This document shows positions 28,969 through 38,347 of a DNA stretch of 64,000 bases, one piece after another. Every line of letters begins with the position of its first letter. Within the stretch, counting starts at the first letter, position 1. The position numbers and the translations under genes were made by a program. This DNA is from an uncultured Rhodospirillaceae bacterium (GTDB lineage Bacteria; Pseudomonadota; Alphaproteobacteria; SP197), in contig CAZGYG010000004.1 in assembly GCA_964530335.1 (NCBI GenBank), positions 8,104-72,103 on the forward strand, in the 5' to 3' direction. The notes below the pieces were generated by a model that saw only the letters and a program-made list of their open reading frames with translations, made no database searches and was not told the DNA's origin.

Positions 28969-29838
28969 ATGGCCGCCCCCGACGCCGCGATCGACGATCT
29001 GCGCCGCGAAATCGACGCCATCGACGATGCCATGCACGACCTGGTGATCCGGCGGGCCGCGCGGGCTCGCGCGCTGGGCGCGCGTCCGGGGTCCGCGGCG
29101 GAGGCCGGGTTGCGGAGCGCGCTCGACGTGGCGCCGCTGCAACGCCTGCTGCGCCGGCATACGGGTGCGTTCCCGCGCCACGCGATCGTACGTGTGTGGC
29201 GCGAGCTGATCGTCGGGGCGGTGCAGGCAGAGCGCGCGTTTCCCGTCGCGATCCACGCCCCGGAGAAATCGGTCGGATTTTGGGACCTGGCGCGCGACCA
29301 CTTCGGCAGCGGCACGCCCATGACGTTGCACCGCTCGGCGCGGCGCGTGCTGCGCGACGTGGTCGAAGGCCGCGCCGCGGTGGGGCTGCTCGCCCTTCCC
29401 GTGGACGGCGAGGCGGAGCCGTGGTGGCCGCTGCTCATGGGCGACACGGGCGTACCGCGCGTCGTCGCCAAGCTGCCGTTCGTCGACAACGACGCTGGGC
29501 GGTTCGAGAATCTGGGCGCCTTCGCCGTGGCCCTCGTCGCGCCGGCGCCGAATGGCGAGGACACGACGCTGCTCGCGCTCGAAACCGACGCCGAGCTCAG
29601 CCGCTCGCGCTTGCGCGAGTTGCTGGCCAAGACCGGGCTCGTCGCCGTGGACCTTGCCGCGTGGGCCGACGCCGCCGCCGAGGCAACGCGCCTGCACCTG
29701 ATCGAGGTCGACGGCGCCGTGACCACGGGCGATGCCCGCTTCGCCGAGCTGGAAACGGCCGCGGGCAAGGCAATCCGCGTCGTCGGGCTCGGCGGCTACG
29801 CCCGGCCGCTCGGACGGCTTGGCCCTGTCGGGGACTGA
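28969..29838 (+). CDS. Chorismate mutase family protein (CM_2 N-terminal domain plus uncharacterised C-terminal domain)
   Basis: N-terminus DLRREIDAIDDAMHDLVIRRAARA is the AroQ chorismate mutase helix. Precedes hisC-tyrC. Confidence 0.7.
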   Translation: MAAPDAAIDDLRREIDAIDDAMHDLVIRRAARARALGARPGSAAEAGLRSALDVAPLQRLLRRHTGAFPRHAIVRVWRELIVGAVQAERAFPVAIHAPEKSVGFWDLARDHFGSGTPMTLHRSARRVLRDVVEGRAAVGLLALPVDGEAEPWWPLLMGDTGVPRVVAKLPFVDNDAGRFENLGAFAVALVAPAPNGEDTTLLALETDAELSRSRLRELLAKTGLVAVDLAAWADAAAEATRLHLIEVDGAVTTGDARFAELETAAGKAIRVVGLGGYARPLGRLGPVGD

Positions 29839-29839
29839 C

Positions 29840-30949
29840 GTGGCGGCGACGAACGTGCGAGCGCTGGCCCCGCGCGCGGGCGTGCTCGACATCGCGCCCT
29901 ATGTGCCCGGCCGGGCCGGCGGGCTCGAGGAAGCCCGGGAGACGATCCTGCTGGCGTCGAACGAGTCGCCCTTCGGGCCGAGCGCCAAGGCGGTGGCGGC
30001 GGCCCGCGCCGCGGCCCGGACGATGAACCGCTACGCCGACCCGAGCGCCGGGGTGCTGCGCGGCGCGCTGGCGGCGCGCCACGCCATCGCGGCCGAGCGC
30101 ATCGTGTGCGGCGCCGGTTCGGACGAGCTGATCGGATTGCTCGCGCGCGGCTACGCCGGGCCGGGCGACGAGGTGATCTTCAGCCAGCACGGCTTCGTCA
30201 TGTACCCGATCGCCGCGCGCGCGGCCGGCGCGCGCCCGGTCGCCGTGGCCGAGCGCGAACTTCGCTTCGATATCGAGGCGACGCTCGCGGCGGTCACGCC
30301 CCGCACCCGCATCGTCTTCGTCGCCAATCCCAACAACCCGACCGGAAGCTGGCTTGGCCGCGCCGAGCTCGCGCGCCTCAGGCGCGGATTGCCCGATCGC
30401 GTCCTGCTCGTCGTCGATGCCGCGTATGCCGAGTACGTCGACGATCCGGACTACGAAAGCGGGCTCGACCTCGCGCGCCGCCACGGCAACGTCGTCATGA
30501 CCAGGACGTTCTCGAAGATCCACGCGCTCGCGGGGCTAAGGGTCGGCTGGGCCTACGCGGCGCCCGCGGTCGTCGACGTGCTCAACCGGCTGCGCGGGCC
30601 GTTCAACGTCTCGAACGTCGGCATCGCGGCGGCGACGGCGGCGCTCGACGACCCGGGGCACGAGGCACGCGCCAAGGCCCACAACGCGCTGTGGCGGCCC
30701 CGGCTCGCGCGCGCGATCGCGGCGATCGGGCTCACGGTCTACCCGTCGCTCGGCAATTTCGTCCTGGTGCGCATGCCGAAGCCGCCGAAGGACGCGGCGG
30801 CGGCGCACCGGTTTCTCGCCCGGCGCAAGGTGCTGGTGCGGCCCGTCGGCGCCTACGGGCTGCCGGATTGCCTGCGCATCACGGTCGGGCGCGCCGGCGA
30901 AATTCGCGCCTTGCTCGCGGCGCTCGAAGCGTTCATGAGGGCGTCATGA
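29840..30949 (+). CDS. hisC: Histidinol-phosphate aminotransferase
   Basis: GTG at 29840 immediately after the upstream stop. Class-II aminotransferase motifs (NPNNPTGSW, TFSKIHALAGLRVGW with PLP Lys). 369 aa. Confidence 0.85.
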   Translation: MAATNVRALAPRAGVLDIAPYVPGRAGGLEEARETILLASNESPFGPSAKAVAAARAAARTMNRYADPSAGVLRGALAARHAIAAERIVCGAGSDELIGLLARGYAGPGDEVIFSQHGFVMYPIAARAAGARPVAVAERELRFDIEATLAAVTPRTRIVFVANPNNPTGSWLGRAELARLRRGLPDRVLLVVDAAYAEYVDDPDYESGLDLARRHGNVVMTRTFSKIHALAGLRVGWAYAAPAVVDVLNRLRGPFNVSNVGIAAATAALDDPGHEARAKAHNALWRPRLARAIAAIGLTVYPSLGNFVLVRMPKPPKDAAAAHRFLARRKVLVRPVGAYGLPDCLRITVGRAGEIRALLAALEAFMRAS

Positions 30950-31827
30950 CGGTTCTGTTCGAACGGGTCGCCGTGATCGGCGTCGGACTGATCGGCTCCT
31001 CGCTCGCCCGGGTGATGCGGCGCGACCGCCTGGCCGGGCGCATCGTCGGCGTGGCGCGCACGGCGGCGACGCGCGATGCGGCGCTGCGCCTGGGCTTCGT
31101 CGACGAGGTCACGGATGACGCCGCCGCCGCGGTCGCGGGCGCCGACCTCGTCGTGCTCGCGGTGCCGCTGGGGGCCTACCGGGCGATCGCCGAGGCGATC
31201 GGGCCGGCGCTCGCGCCCGGCGCCATCGTCACCGACGTGGGCTCGGTCAAGCGCTCGGCGCTGGCCGACGTGGCGCCGCACCTGCCGGCCCACGTCCAGT
31301 TCGTGCCCGGCCATCCGATCGCCGGCACCGAGCATTCGGGGCCCGAGGCCGGCTTCGATACCCTATTCGTGGGCCGCTGGTGCGTACTCACGCCGCCGCC
31401 CGGCACCGATCCGCGCGCGGTCGAGCGGGTGGCGGAGCTGTGGCGCCGCGCCGGTTCGAACATCGAGGTGATGGACGCCGAACACCACGACAAGGTGCTG
31501 GCCATCACCTCGCACCTGCCCCACTTCATCGCCTACACGATCGTCGGCACCGTCGTCGATCTCGAGCAGGCGACCCAGCGCGAAGTCATCAAGTTCGCGG
31601 CCTCGGGGTTTCGCGACTTCACGCGCATCGCCGCGTCCGACCCGGTCATGTGGCGCGACGTGTTCCTCTACAACCGCGACGCGGTGCTCGAGATGCTGCA
31701 GCGCTTCAACGAGGACCTGACGCGCCTGCAGCGGGCGATCCGCTGGGGCGAGGCCGAGGTGCTCGAGGACTGGTTCAAGCGGACGCGCGAGATCCGGCGC
31801 GGCATCATCGACGCCGGCCAGGCCTAG
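30946..31827 (+). CDS. tyrC: Prephenate/arogenate dehydrogenase
   Basis: ATG at 30946 overlaps the hisC stop (ATGA). N-terminal VAVIGVGLIGSSLA Rossmann motif, HPIAGTE, PDH domain. 293 aa. Confidence 0.8.
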   Translation: MTVLFERVAVIGVGLIGSSLARVMRRDRLAGRIVGVARTAATRDAALRLGFVDEVTDDAAAAVAGADLVVLAVPLGAYRAIAEAIGPALAPGAIVTDVGSVKRSALADVAPHLPAHVQFVPGHPIAGTEHSGPEAGFDTLFVGRWCVLTPPPGTDPRAVERVAELWRRAGSNIEVMDAEHHDKVLAITSHLPHFIAYTIVGTVVDLEQATQREVIKFAASGFRDFTRIAASDPVMWRDVFLYNRDAVLEMLQRFNEDLTRLQRAIRWGEAEVLEDWFKRTREIRRGIIDAGQA

Positions 31828-31829
31828 GG

Positions 31830-32846
31830 TCAATCGAGCGGCAGTGGCGCCAGCGGCGCCACCGGCACGAGACCGACGTTCAGGCGCCCGTCCTGCGCGG
31901 TCAGCGCGATCTCGGCGCGCCGGCCGCCCTGGCCGTCGTCGACGGCGACGGCGTCGAGCACGGCGCCGATGGCGAGGCCTTGAGTGGGGCTCAGGGCGCC
32001 GGTCCCGGTCAGCGTCGCGAGCATGTCGTCGTAGCCGGCGATCCTCATGGCGAAGGCGCCGAGCGGGCGAAATTCTTCGTCGAGCGTCACCGTGCCGGCG
32101 ATCTCGAGCTCGAGCGCGCCCCAGCGCAGGCGCGCGAGATCGAGTTCGAGCGCGCCGCCCGCGTCGCGCCAGCGCGCCAGCGCCGCGCGGCTGGCATCGG
32201 CGGGCGGTTGGCCCGGCAGGCGCGCGACCAGGATCGCCGCGTCGACGGTGGCGGGAAACCCGGCCGGCGGCGCCTCCGGCAGGGTCACGGCCGCGAGCTT
32301 GACGCCGAAGCTTCGTTGCACCTGGTCGTCGTCGTCCTCGCCCAGCTCGTAGCGCACCTGGACTTCGCCGGCCGTGATGACGTTCCCGCCCGGATCGGTG
32401 ATCACGAGGTCGCGCATGTCGACGCCGAGCTTGGCCAGATCGCCGCCGATGATGACGACCGCGATCTGGTTGACCCCCTGGGCGAGGCGAAACGTGCCGC
32501 CGGGCTGGCGCTCGAGCACGTGCTCCGGCGGCAGGGTGATGAGCCCGCGCGCGAAGTCCCACGGCTTGAACAGCCCGACCAGCCTGGGCGCCCGCCACGT
32601 CCACGCGCCATGGGCGTCCTGCCCGCCGAGCGTCACGTCGGCGACGGTGACGACAAGCTGGAACGGAAAGCCGGAGACCTCGACCGCGCCGTGCTCGGCG
32701 ATGTAGCCCTGCTGGCGCGTCGCCTCGAGCCATGTGTCGAGCCAATCCGGCACCCGGTCGGCGGTGACGTGCCAATAGACGATGTAGCCGAGCACGGCCA
32801 CCAGGACGATCGCGGGCAGGGCGAGCTTGCGCACGAGGGACGGCAT
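31830..32846 (-). CDS. DUF2125-like conserved alphaproteobacterial protein (N-terminal TM anchor)
   Basis: 338 aa. The N-terminal hydrophobic helix LALPAIVLVAVLGYIVYW is followed by a soluble domain. The DUF2125 assignment comes from recall of conserved neighbours of tyrC, not from a search. Confidence 0.5.
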   Translation of the reverse strand: MPSLVRKLALPAIVLVAVLGYIVYWHVTADRVPDWLDTWLEATRQQGYIAEHGAVEVSGFPFQLVVTVADVTLGGQDAHGAWTWRAPRLVGLFKPWDFARGLITLPPEHVLERQPGGTFRLAQGVNQIAVVIIGGDLAKLGVDMRDLVITDPGGNVITAGEVQVRYELGEDDDDQVQRSFGVKLAAVTLPEAPPAGFPATVDAAILVARLPGQPPADASRAALARWRDAGGALELDLARLRWGALELEIAGTVTLDEEFRPLGAFAMRIAGYDDMLATLTGTGALSPTQGLAIGAVLDAVAVDDGQGGRRAEIALTAQDGRLNVGLVPVAPLAPLPLD

Positions 32847-32922
32847 TGGTGACCTTGCGGCGGACGATCCAGGGCGTTATAGCCGCGCGGCCGGACGCGG
32901 GGAAGCGGGCGGAGTCTGGTCG

Positions 32923-33456
32923 GTGCGCGACATCTGGGTGTTTGCCTACGGCTCGCTCATGTGGCGGCCGGGCTTCGACCATCTCGAACGCCGGCCGGCG
33001 TTGTTGCGCGGCTATCATCGCTCGTTCTGCGTCTACAGCCACCATTACCGGGGCACGCCGGACCGGCCGGGGCTCGTGCTCGGGCTCGAACGCGGCGGCA
33101 GTTGCCGGGGCGTAGGCTTTCGGGTCGCGGCGGCCCACGCCGTAGAGGTGCTGGGCTACCTGGACGCGCGCGAGATCCCGCACGAGGTCTACCGCCGCCG
33201 TCTGGTGCCGGTCGAGCTGCAAGGCCGGGCGCGTGTGCCGGCCCACGCCTACGTGGTCCGGCGCGACCACGTGCAGTACGCGGGCCGGCTGCCGATCGCG
33301 CGGGCGGCCGAACTCATCCTCCAGGGCGTCGGGCGGAGCGGCCCGGCCCACGAGTACCTTGCCAACACGGTCGAGCACCTCGAAGCCATGGGCTTCCGCG
33401 ACCCCCGGCTGCACGAGCTCTACGTGCGCGTCCGCGCCCGGCTGGCTCGTGGCTGA
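32923..33456 (+). CDS. ChaC-like gamma-glutamylcyclotransferase
   Basis: Hallmark VFAYGSLMW motif plus catalytic Glu region. Start uncertain: GTG 32923 chosen, while TTG 32827 would overlap the divergent gene. Confidence 0.55.
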   Translation: MRDIWVFAYGSLMWRPGFDHLERRPALLRGYHRSFCVYSHHYRGTPDRPGLVLGLERGGSCRGVGFRVAAAHAVEVLGYLDAREIPHEVYRRRLVPVELQGRARVPAHAYVVRRDHVQYAGRLPIARAAELILQGVGRSGPAHEYLANTVEHLEAMGFRDPRLHELYVRVRARLARG

Positions 33457-33475
33457 GCTCGAACGGGGCGGCGGT

Positions 33476-36400
33476 TCACGCGCACTTGGAATAGCCGCAG
33501 CTCGTACACAGGTCGCAGCCTTCCTGGTGGATGACCGCGGCCTGGGCGCAGCGCGGGCACTGGCGCAGGCGCGGCGCCGTGTCGCCCACGGCACGAGCCA
33601 GCACCTCGGCGGAATACTTGCGCTCCTCCGGCGGCGCCATGAAACCGATGGCGACCATGTGGCGCTCGATCACCTCGCCGATCGCGGCGAGCAGCGAGGG
33701 CACGTAGCGCCCGTCCATCCACTGGCCGCCGCGCGGATCGAACACGGCCTTGAGCTCCTCGACCACGAACGAGACGTCGCCGCCGCGGCGGAACACGGCG
33801 CTGATCATGCGGGTCAGCGCCACGGTCCAGGCGAAGTGCTCCATGTTCTTCGAGTTGATGAACACCTCGAACGGGCGGCGGCGGCCGTCCTGCACCACGT
33901 CGTTGATGGTGATGTAGATGGCGTGTTCGCTGTCGGGCCAGCGCACCTTGTAGGTCGTGCCGGGCAGCACCTCGGGCCGGCTCAGCGGCTGGGTCATGTA
34001 GACCACGCCGCCGGCCTCGAAGGGGTCGGACGGGCGCACGGACTTGGGTGCCCCGAGCGGCAGCTCGGGCTCGCGCGGCTCGGCCGTTTCGAGCACGGCG
34101 CCCGTCACCTCGTTCGGCCGGTACGTCGTGCAGCCCTTGCAGCCGGTCTCGTAGGCCAGCCGGTAGATGTCCTTGAAATCCTCGAACGCGATGGATTCCG
34201 CGCAGTTGATCGTCTTCGAGATCGAGGCATCGACGTGGGCTTGTACCGCGGCCTGGACGCGCACGTGGTCGACGGGGGTCAGCGTCTGGGCGTCGACGAA
34301 GTAATCGGGCAGCGGCGCCTGTTCGCCGTACAGCCTGCGGTACAGGCGATAGGCGTAGTCGGTGACCGGCTCGGTGCGCCGCACCCCGTCGGGCATCAGC
34401 ACGTTGCGGTCGTAGGTGAAGGCGAACACCGGCTCGAGCCCCGAGGACACGTTGTCGGCGAGCAGCGAGATCGTGCCCGTCGGCGCGATCGAGGTCAGCA
34501 GGCCGTTGCGGATGCCGTAGGCGGCGATGGCGGCGCGCACGTCGGCGTCCAGCGCGGCTACGTTGGCGCCCGCGAGGAAGGGCTCGCGGTCGTACAGCGG
34601 GAACGGGCCGCGCTCGCGCGCGAGCTCGGTCGAGGCCAGGTACGCCGCGCGCCGCAGCGCCTTCATCCACTCCTGGATCAGGGCCAACGCGCGATCGGAG
34701 CTGTAGCGCGTGCGGCACATGATCAGCGCGTCGGCGAGCCCGGTGACGCCCAGCCCGATGCGCCGCTTGGCCAGGGCCTCGGCGCGCTGGGCCTCGAGCG
34801 GGAAGCGCGACACGTCGATGACGTTGTCCATCATGCGCACGGCGACGCCGACCAGCCGTTCGAGTTCCGCCTGGTCGAGGATCGCGTCGGCCTGGAAGGG
34901 CCGCTGCACGAGCCCGGCCAGGTTGATCGAGCCCAGGAGGCACGCGCCGTAGGGCGGCAATGGCTGTTCGCCACAGTTGTGGACGAGGATGCCGTTGGCA
35001 TCGAAGGCGTTGACGCCGGGGACGCGCGTGTCGAACACGTCGGCCTCGCCGTCCGGCTCGATCGCGGCGACCTCGGCGACGAATCGGGTGCGGTTGGGCG
35101 TTCGCCGATACGAGCCGATGAGCGCCGCGAGCCGGCGGCGCTTCGCGGTGTCGGCGAATCCGATCCGATCGGCGAACGTCACGAGCGCGTCGTTGGCGAT
35201 GATGAGCTCGTGCTGGGCCTTCGTGGCGTAGTCGCGCTGGCCACCCTTGCCGTCGGGCAGCACGGCCCGGCCGGCGGGGCGTCGGTCCCGATGAACGGTC
35301 GAGGCGATGCCGAGCCTCAACAGCATGCGCTGCACGGCCGCGAGCCGCGCGAGGTCGCTTTGCGCGAGCCTTACGCTGCCGCCCTTGACGTGATCGCCGA
35401 GAACCGTGCCGTCGGCGTCGAAGAAGCCGCGCAGGAAACCCCGGCAGAACGCCGCCGACGCCCGTTCGATGGCGGGCGTCACGACCTTGTTTCCCGGCGC
35501 CATGCCGAGCTCGATCGCGAGCCGGCGGAGCGCACCGAGCGCGAGCCGGTGCTCACCGCGCCCGGCGACCTCGGTCCAACCCGCGAAGTCGCCGCGGTGG
35601 GGCAGGGCGCGGGCCGCGGCGAGCGCCGCGGCCATGACGCCTTCGACTCCCGAGATCTCGGATTCGGCGTTGGCGGCGCGGCGCCGGCTCCAGACGCTGA
35701 GCACCGCCTTGTCGGCCTTGAGTGTACCGTCGCCCACGAGCAGGCCGATCAGGTAGCCCTCGCCGTCCGTTCCGGGCCCGGCCCAGTCGGGCATGGCGCG
35801 GTGGTCGTTGAGGACGATCCGATCGCCCGGGCGAAGGGCGCCGGCCTGGGTCCATTCGCCGTCGAGGCGAAAGCGCGTCATCGCCGCGACCCTTCGCACC
35901 GGATGGTCGGCCGTGAGCCGCAAGGCGTAGCCTTCGCGCGTGACCAGGCGCGTCACCGGCTTGCGCCCGGTGGGGAAGAAGCCGGCGGGATCCGAAGCGT
36001 GCGTCGTGCCGTCGACGACCGCGCCGAACGGGCGCCCGACCAGGTCGCGCACCTGACGCGGACCCTCGCTGGTATGGACCCAGGTCTCGGCCGTGACGCA
36101 CGGGTTCGTCGCGCTGATGGTCTCGCAGTAGGCGAGGTTGTTCGCCCGGTTGATACGGTCGATGAAGATGACGCCCGGCTCGGCGTAGGCGTAGGTCGCG
36201 CGCATGATGCGGTCCCACAGCTCGCGCGCGCGCACGCTGCGGTAGACCGTGCCGGCGAAGCCGAGCTCCCACGAGCGGTCTTCCTCGACCGCCGCCATGA
36301 AGGCGTCGGTCACCAGCACCGACAGGTTGAACATGCGCAGGCGCCCGGGCTCGCGCTTGGCGTCGATGAACGCCTCGATGTCCGGATGGTCGCAGCGCAG

Positions 36401-36901
36401 CGTCGCCATCATGGCGCCGCGCCGGTGCCCGGCGCTCATGATCGTGCGGCACATGGCGTCCCACACGTCCATGAAGCTCAGCGGACCCGAGGCGTCGGCG
36501 CCGACGCCCCTGACCGGGGCGCCCTTGGGCCGGAGCGTCGAGAAATCGTAGCCGATGCCGCCGCCCTGCTGCATCGTCAGCGCCGCTTCCTTCAAGTGGT
36601 CGAAAATTCCGGCCATGTCGTCCGGGATGCCGCCCATGACGAAGCAGTTGAACAGCGTCACCTTGCGCGTCGTCCCGGCGCCGGCGACGATCCGCCCCGC
36701 AGGCAGGAAGCGGAAGTCCCTGAGCGCTTCCTCGAACACGGGTATCCAACGCTCGGGCGCGGCTTCGGGCGCGGCCAGCGCCCGGGCGACGCGGCGCCAG
36801 GTGTCCTCGATGGTGCGGTCCATGGGCGTGCCGTCGGCGTCCTTCAGCCGGTACTTCATGTCCCAGATCTGCAGGGCGATCGGTGTCATGGATGTCGTCA
36901 T
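33476..36901 (-). CDS. nrdJ: Class II (adenosylcobalamin-dependent) ribonucleotide reductase NrdJ, interrupted by an in-frame intein
   Basis: ATG at 36901 with GAGGA RBS. The track ORF start (37654) extends into the upstream plsC gene. RNR class II motifs include the thiyl-radical motif TNP|CGEQ (split by the intein) and the C-terminal CxxC...CxxC tail (CPRCAQAAVIHQEGCDLCTSCGYSKCA). Total 1142 aa, of which 767 aa is extein. Confidence 0.9.
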   Translation of the reverse strand: MTTSMTPIALQIWDMKYRLKDADGTPMDRTIEDTWRRVARALAAPEAAPERWIPVFEEALRDFRFLPAGRIVAGAGTTRKVTLFNCFVMGGIPDDMAGIFDHLKEAALTMQQGGGIGYDFSTLRPKGAPVRGVGADASGPLSFMDVWDAMCRTIMSAGHRRGAMMATLRCDHPDIEAFIDAKREPGRLRMFNLSVLVTDAFMAAVEEDRSWELGFAGTVYRSVRARELWDRIMRATYAYAEPGVIFIDRINRANNLAYCETISATNPCVTAETWVHTSEGPRQVRDLVGRPFGAVVDGTTHASDPAGFFPTGRKPVTRLVTREGYALRLTADHPVRRVAAMTRFRLDGEWTQAGALRPGDRIVLNDHRAMPDWAGPGTDGEGYLIGLLVGDGTLKADKAVLSVWSRRRAANAESEISGVEGVMAAALAAARALPHRGDFAGWTEVAGRGEHRLALGALRRLAIELGMAPGNKVVTPAIERASAAFCRGFLRGFFDADGTVLGDHVKGGSVRLAQSDLARLAAVQRMLLRLGIASTVHRDRRPAGRAVLPDGKGGQRDYATKAQHELIIANDALVTFADRIGFADTAKRRRLAALIGSYRRTPNRTRFVAEVAAIEPDGEADVFDTRVPGVNAFDANGILVHNCGEQPLPPYGACLLGSINLAGLVQRPFQADAILDQAELERLVGVAVRMMDNVIDVSRFPLEAQRAEALAKRRIGLGVTGLADALIMCRTRYSSDRALALIQEWMKALRRAAYLASTELARERGPFPLYDREPFLAGANVAALDADVRAAIAAYGIRNGLLTSIAPTGTISLLADNVSSGLEPVFAFTYDRNVLMPDGVRRTEPVTDYAYRLYRRLYGEQAPLPDYFVDAQTLTPVDHVRVQAAVQAHVDASISKTINCAESIAFEDFKDIYRLAYETGCKGCTTYRPNEVTGAVLETAEPREPELPLGAPKSVRPSDPFEAGGVVYMTQPLSRPEVLPGTTYKVRWPDSEHAIYITINDVVQDGRRRPFEVFINSKNMEHFAWTVALTRMISAVFRRGGDVSFVVEELKAVFDPRGGQWMDGRYVPSLLAAIGEVIERHMVAIGFMAPPEERKYSAEVLARAVGDTAPRLRQCPRCAQAAVIHQEGCDLCTSCGYSKCA
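34976..36100 (-). mobile_element. Intein (375 aa) with LAGLIDADG homing endonuclease domain inserted at the active-site NPC|GEQ motif of nrdJ
   Basis: Begins with Cys (CVTAETWVHTSEG, block A) and has a TxxH block B (LTADHPV). It carries two LAGLIDADG motifs (YLIGLLVGDGTL and FLRGFFDADGTV). The C-terminal block G ends ...GILVHN and is followed by the +1 Cys, so excision regenerates TNPCGEQ. Confidence 0.85.
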
Positions 36902-36936
36902 GCAATGATCCTCGGGCCGCGCCGTGGCCCCGTAGC

Positions 36937-37698
36937 CTAGGGGCGGTGCGCGGACGGCGATTCGTCGTTCACGATATGTTTCACTATGTCCCCGCCGGCG
37001 TCCCGCGTCAACCGGTCCGCCGCGTCCTCGATGGCCTCGGTCAGACGGCGCACGAACTCGGCCCGGCCGAGGCCAGGGGGAATCGCCGGCAGGACCTCGA
37101 CGATCACGGCACCGGGCCGCTTGAGGAAGGTCTTGCGACCCCAATAGAGCCCGGAGTTGAGCGCCACGGGCACGACTGGCACGCCGAGCTGGGTGTAGAG
37201 CGCGGCGATCCCGGGGTGATAGCGCCGGCGCACGCCGGGCGGGGTGCGTGTGCCCTGGGGGAAGATGACGATGGTCTGGCCGCGCGCCAACGCCCGGCGG
37301 ACGCCGGCGATCATGCGGCGCAACGCGCCCGCGCCTCCGGTGCGGTCGACGGGGATCGCGCCGGCCCGCCAGGCATACCAGCCGGTGGGCAGGAACATGA
37401 GCTCGCTCTTCAGGACGAACGCCGGGTCGTTCAGGATGCGGTAGAACGCGATCGTTTCCCACGCCGACTGGTGGTTGGCGGCGATCACGGCCGGGCCATC
37501 GGGCAGCCGTTCGCGCCCGCGCAGCTCGAACCCGAGGCCGACCACGTGCCTGAGCAGCTCGACCAGGCCCCACGCCCACGCGCCGACCGCCCACGCCGCG
37601 CCCCGGCGCCCCGCCAGCAGCGGCGCGCAGGCGAGCGCGATGACCGCCGTCCACAGCACGGCGAGCAGGTTGAACGCGAGCGAACGCAGGGTTGTCAC
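36937..37698 (-). CDS. plsC: 1-acyl-sn-glycerol-3-phosphate acyltransferase (lysophospholipid acyltransferase family)
   Basis: GTG at 37698 overlaps the upstream stop (GTGA). HX4D-like motif region ANHQSAWE and PEGTR-like motif FPQGTRT. 254 aa. Confidence 0.75.
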   Translation of the reverse strand: MTTLRSLAFNLLAVLWTAVIALACAPLLAGRRGAAWAVGAWAWGLVELLRHVVGLGFELRGRERLPDGPAVIAANHQSAWETIAFYRILNDPAFVLKSELMFLPTGWYAWRAGAIPVDRTGGAGALRRMIAGVRRALARGQTIVIFPQGTRTPPGVRRRYHPGIAALYTQLGVPVVPVALNSGLYWGRKTFLKRPGAVIVEVLPAIPPGLGRAEFVRRLTEAIEDAADRLTRDAGGDIVKHIVNDESPSAHRP

Positions 37699-38321
37699 CC
37701 GCCGGGCCCCGCGATGTGGGCCACCAGGTACTTGAGGTACTCGCCGGCGAGCAGGGCGGCGGTTCCGGGCCGGTACCACCAGCCGTCCAGCCGCACGCTT
37801 TCGACGATGATGGGGTGCGGTTCGATCGTCACGCCGGGCATGGCGCGCTGGAATTCGAGCACGCTGCGCGGCATGTGGTAGTTGCCGGTCACCAGGCGGA
37901 TGGCACGGAAGCCATGGGCGGCGACCCACACCGCCGATTCGCGGGCGTTGCCGCGGGTGTCATCCGCCGCGTGGCCGAGCTCGACGCAGCACCGCACCGC
38001 CTCGGGAATCTCGCGGTCCAGCCGAAGCAGTTCGGCGACATCGACGCCACGGTAGACGCCGGAGACGAACAGCCGCGCCCCCGGGTTCGCGCGCAACAGG
38101 GCCAGCCCTGCCTCGAGCCGGCCGCTGCCACCGGTGAGCACGACGATGGCCTCGACCGGCGACGCGACGGCGGGCGCGCGTGGCACCTGGGCGATGAACC
38201 AGACCAGTCCGCCGAGCCAGGCCATTCCGGCGATCGCCGCGAACGCCGCTGCGAGTCGTGGCGCGGCCCCGGGCCCGAGGCGCGCGCCCCGCGCCCCGCG
38301 CCCGAAGCGGCCGCGCCGCCA
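37695..38321 (-). CDS. DUF218/YdcF(ElyC/SanA)-family protein
   Basis: ATG at 38321. The N-terminal TM helix (AAAFAAIAGMAWLGGLVWFIA) is followed by DUF218 motifs (IVVLTGGSGR...LFVSG...GNARES). 208 aa. The track start is a long out-of-frame extension overlapping ftsX. Confidence 0.6.
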   Translation of the reverse strand, partial: WRRGRFGRGARGARLGPGAAPRLAAAFAAIAGMAWLGGLVWFIAQVPRAPAVASPVEAIVVLTGGSGRLEAGLALLRANPGARLFVSGVYRGVDVAELLRLDREIPEAVRCCVELGHAADDTRGNARESAVWVAAHGFRAIRLVTGNYHMPRSVLEFQRAMPGVTIEPHPIIVESVRLDGWWYRPGTAALLAGEYLKYLVAHIAGPGG

Positions 38322-38347
38322 TGGGGCCATGTCCGGCCAGCGCGCCG

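Noticed and set aside
36902-36936. NrdR box or promoter immediately upstream of nrdJ.
   Set aside because: The plsC-nrdJ spacer is only 36 bp and contains no palindromic NrdR-like dyad. nrdJ appears to be co-transcribed with upstream genes.
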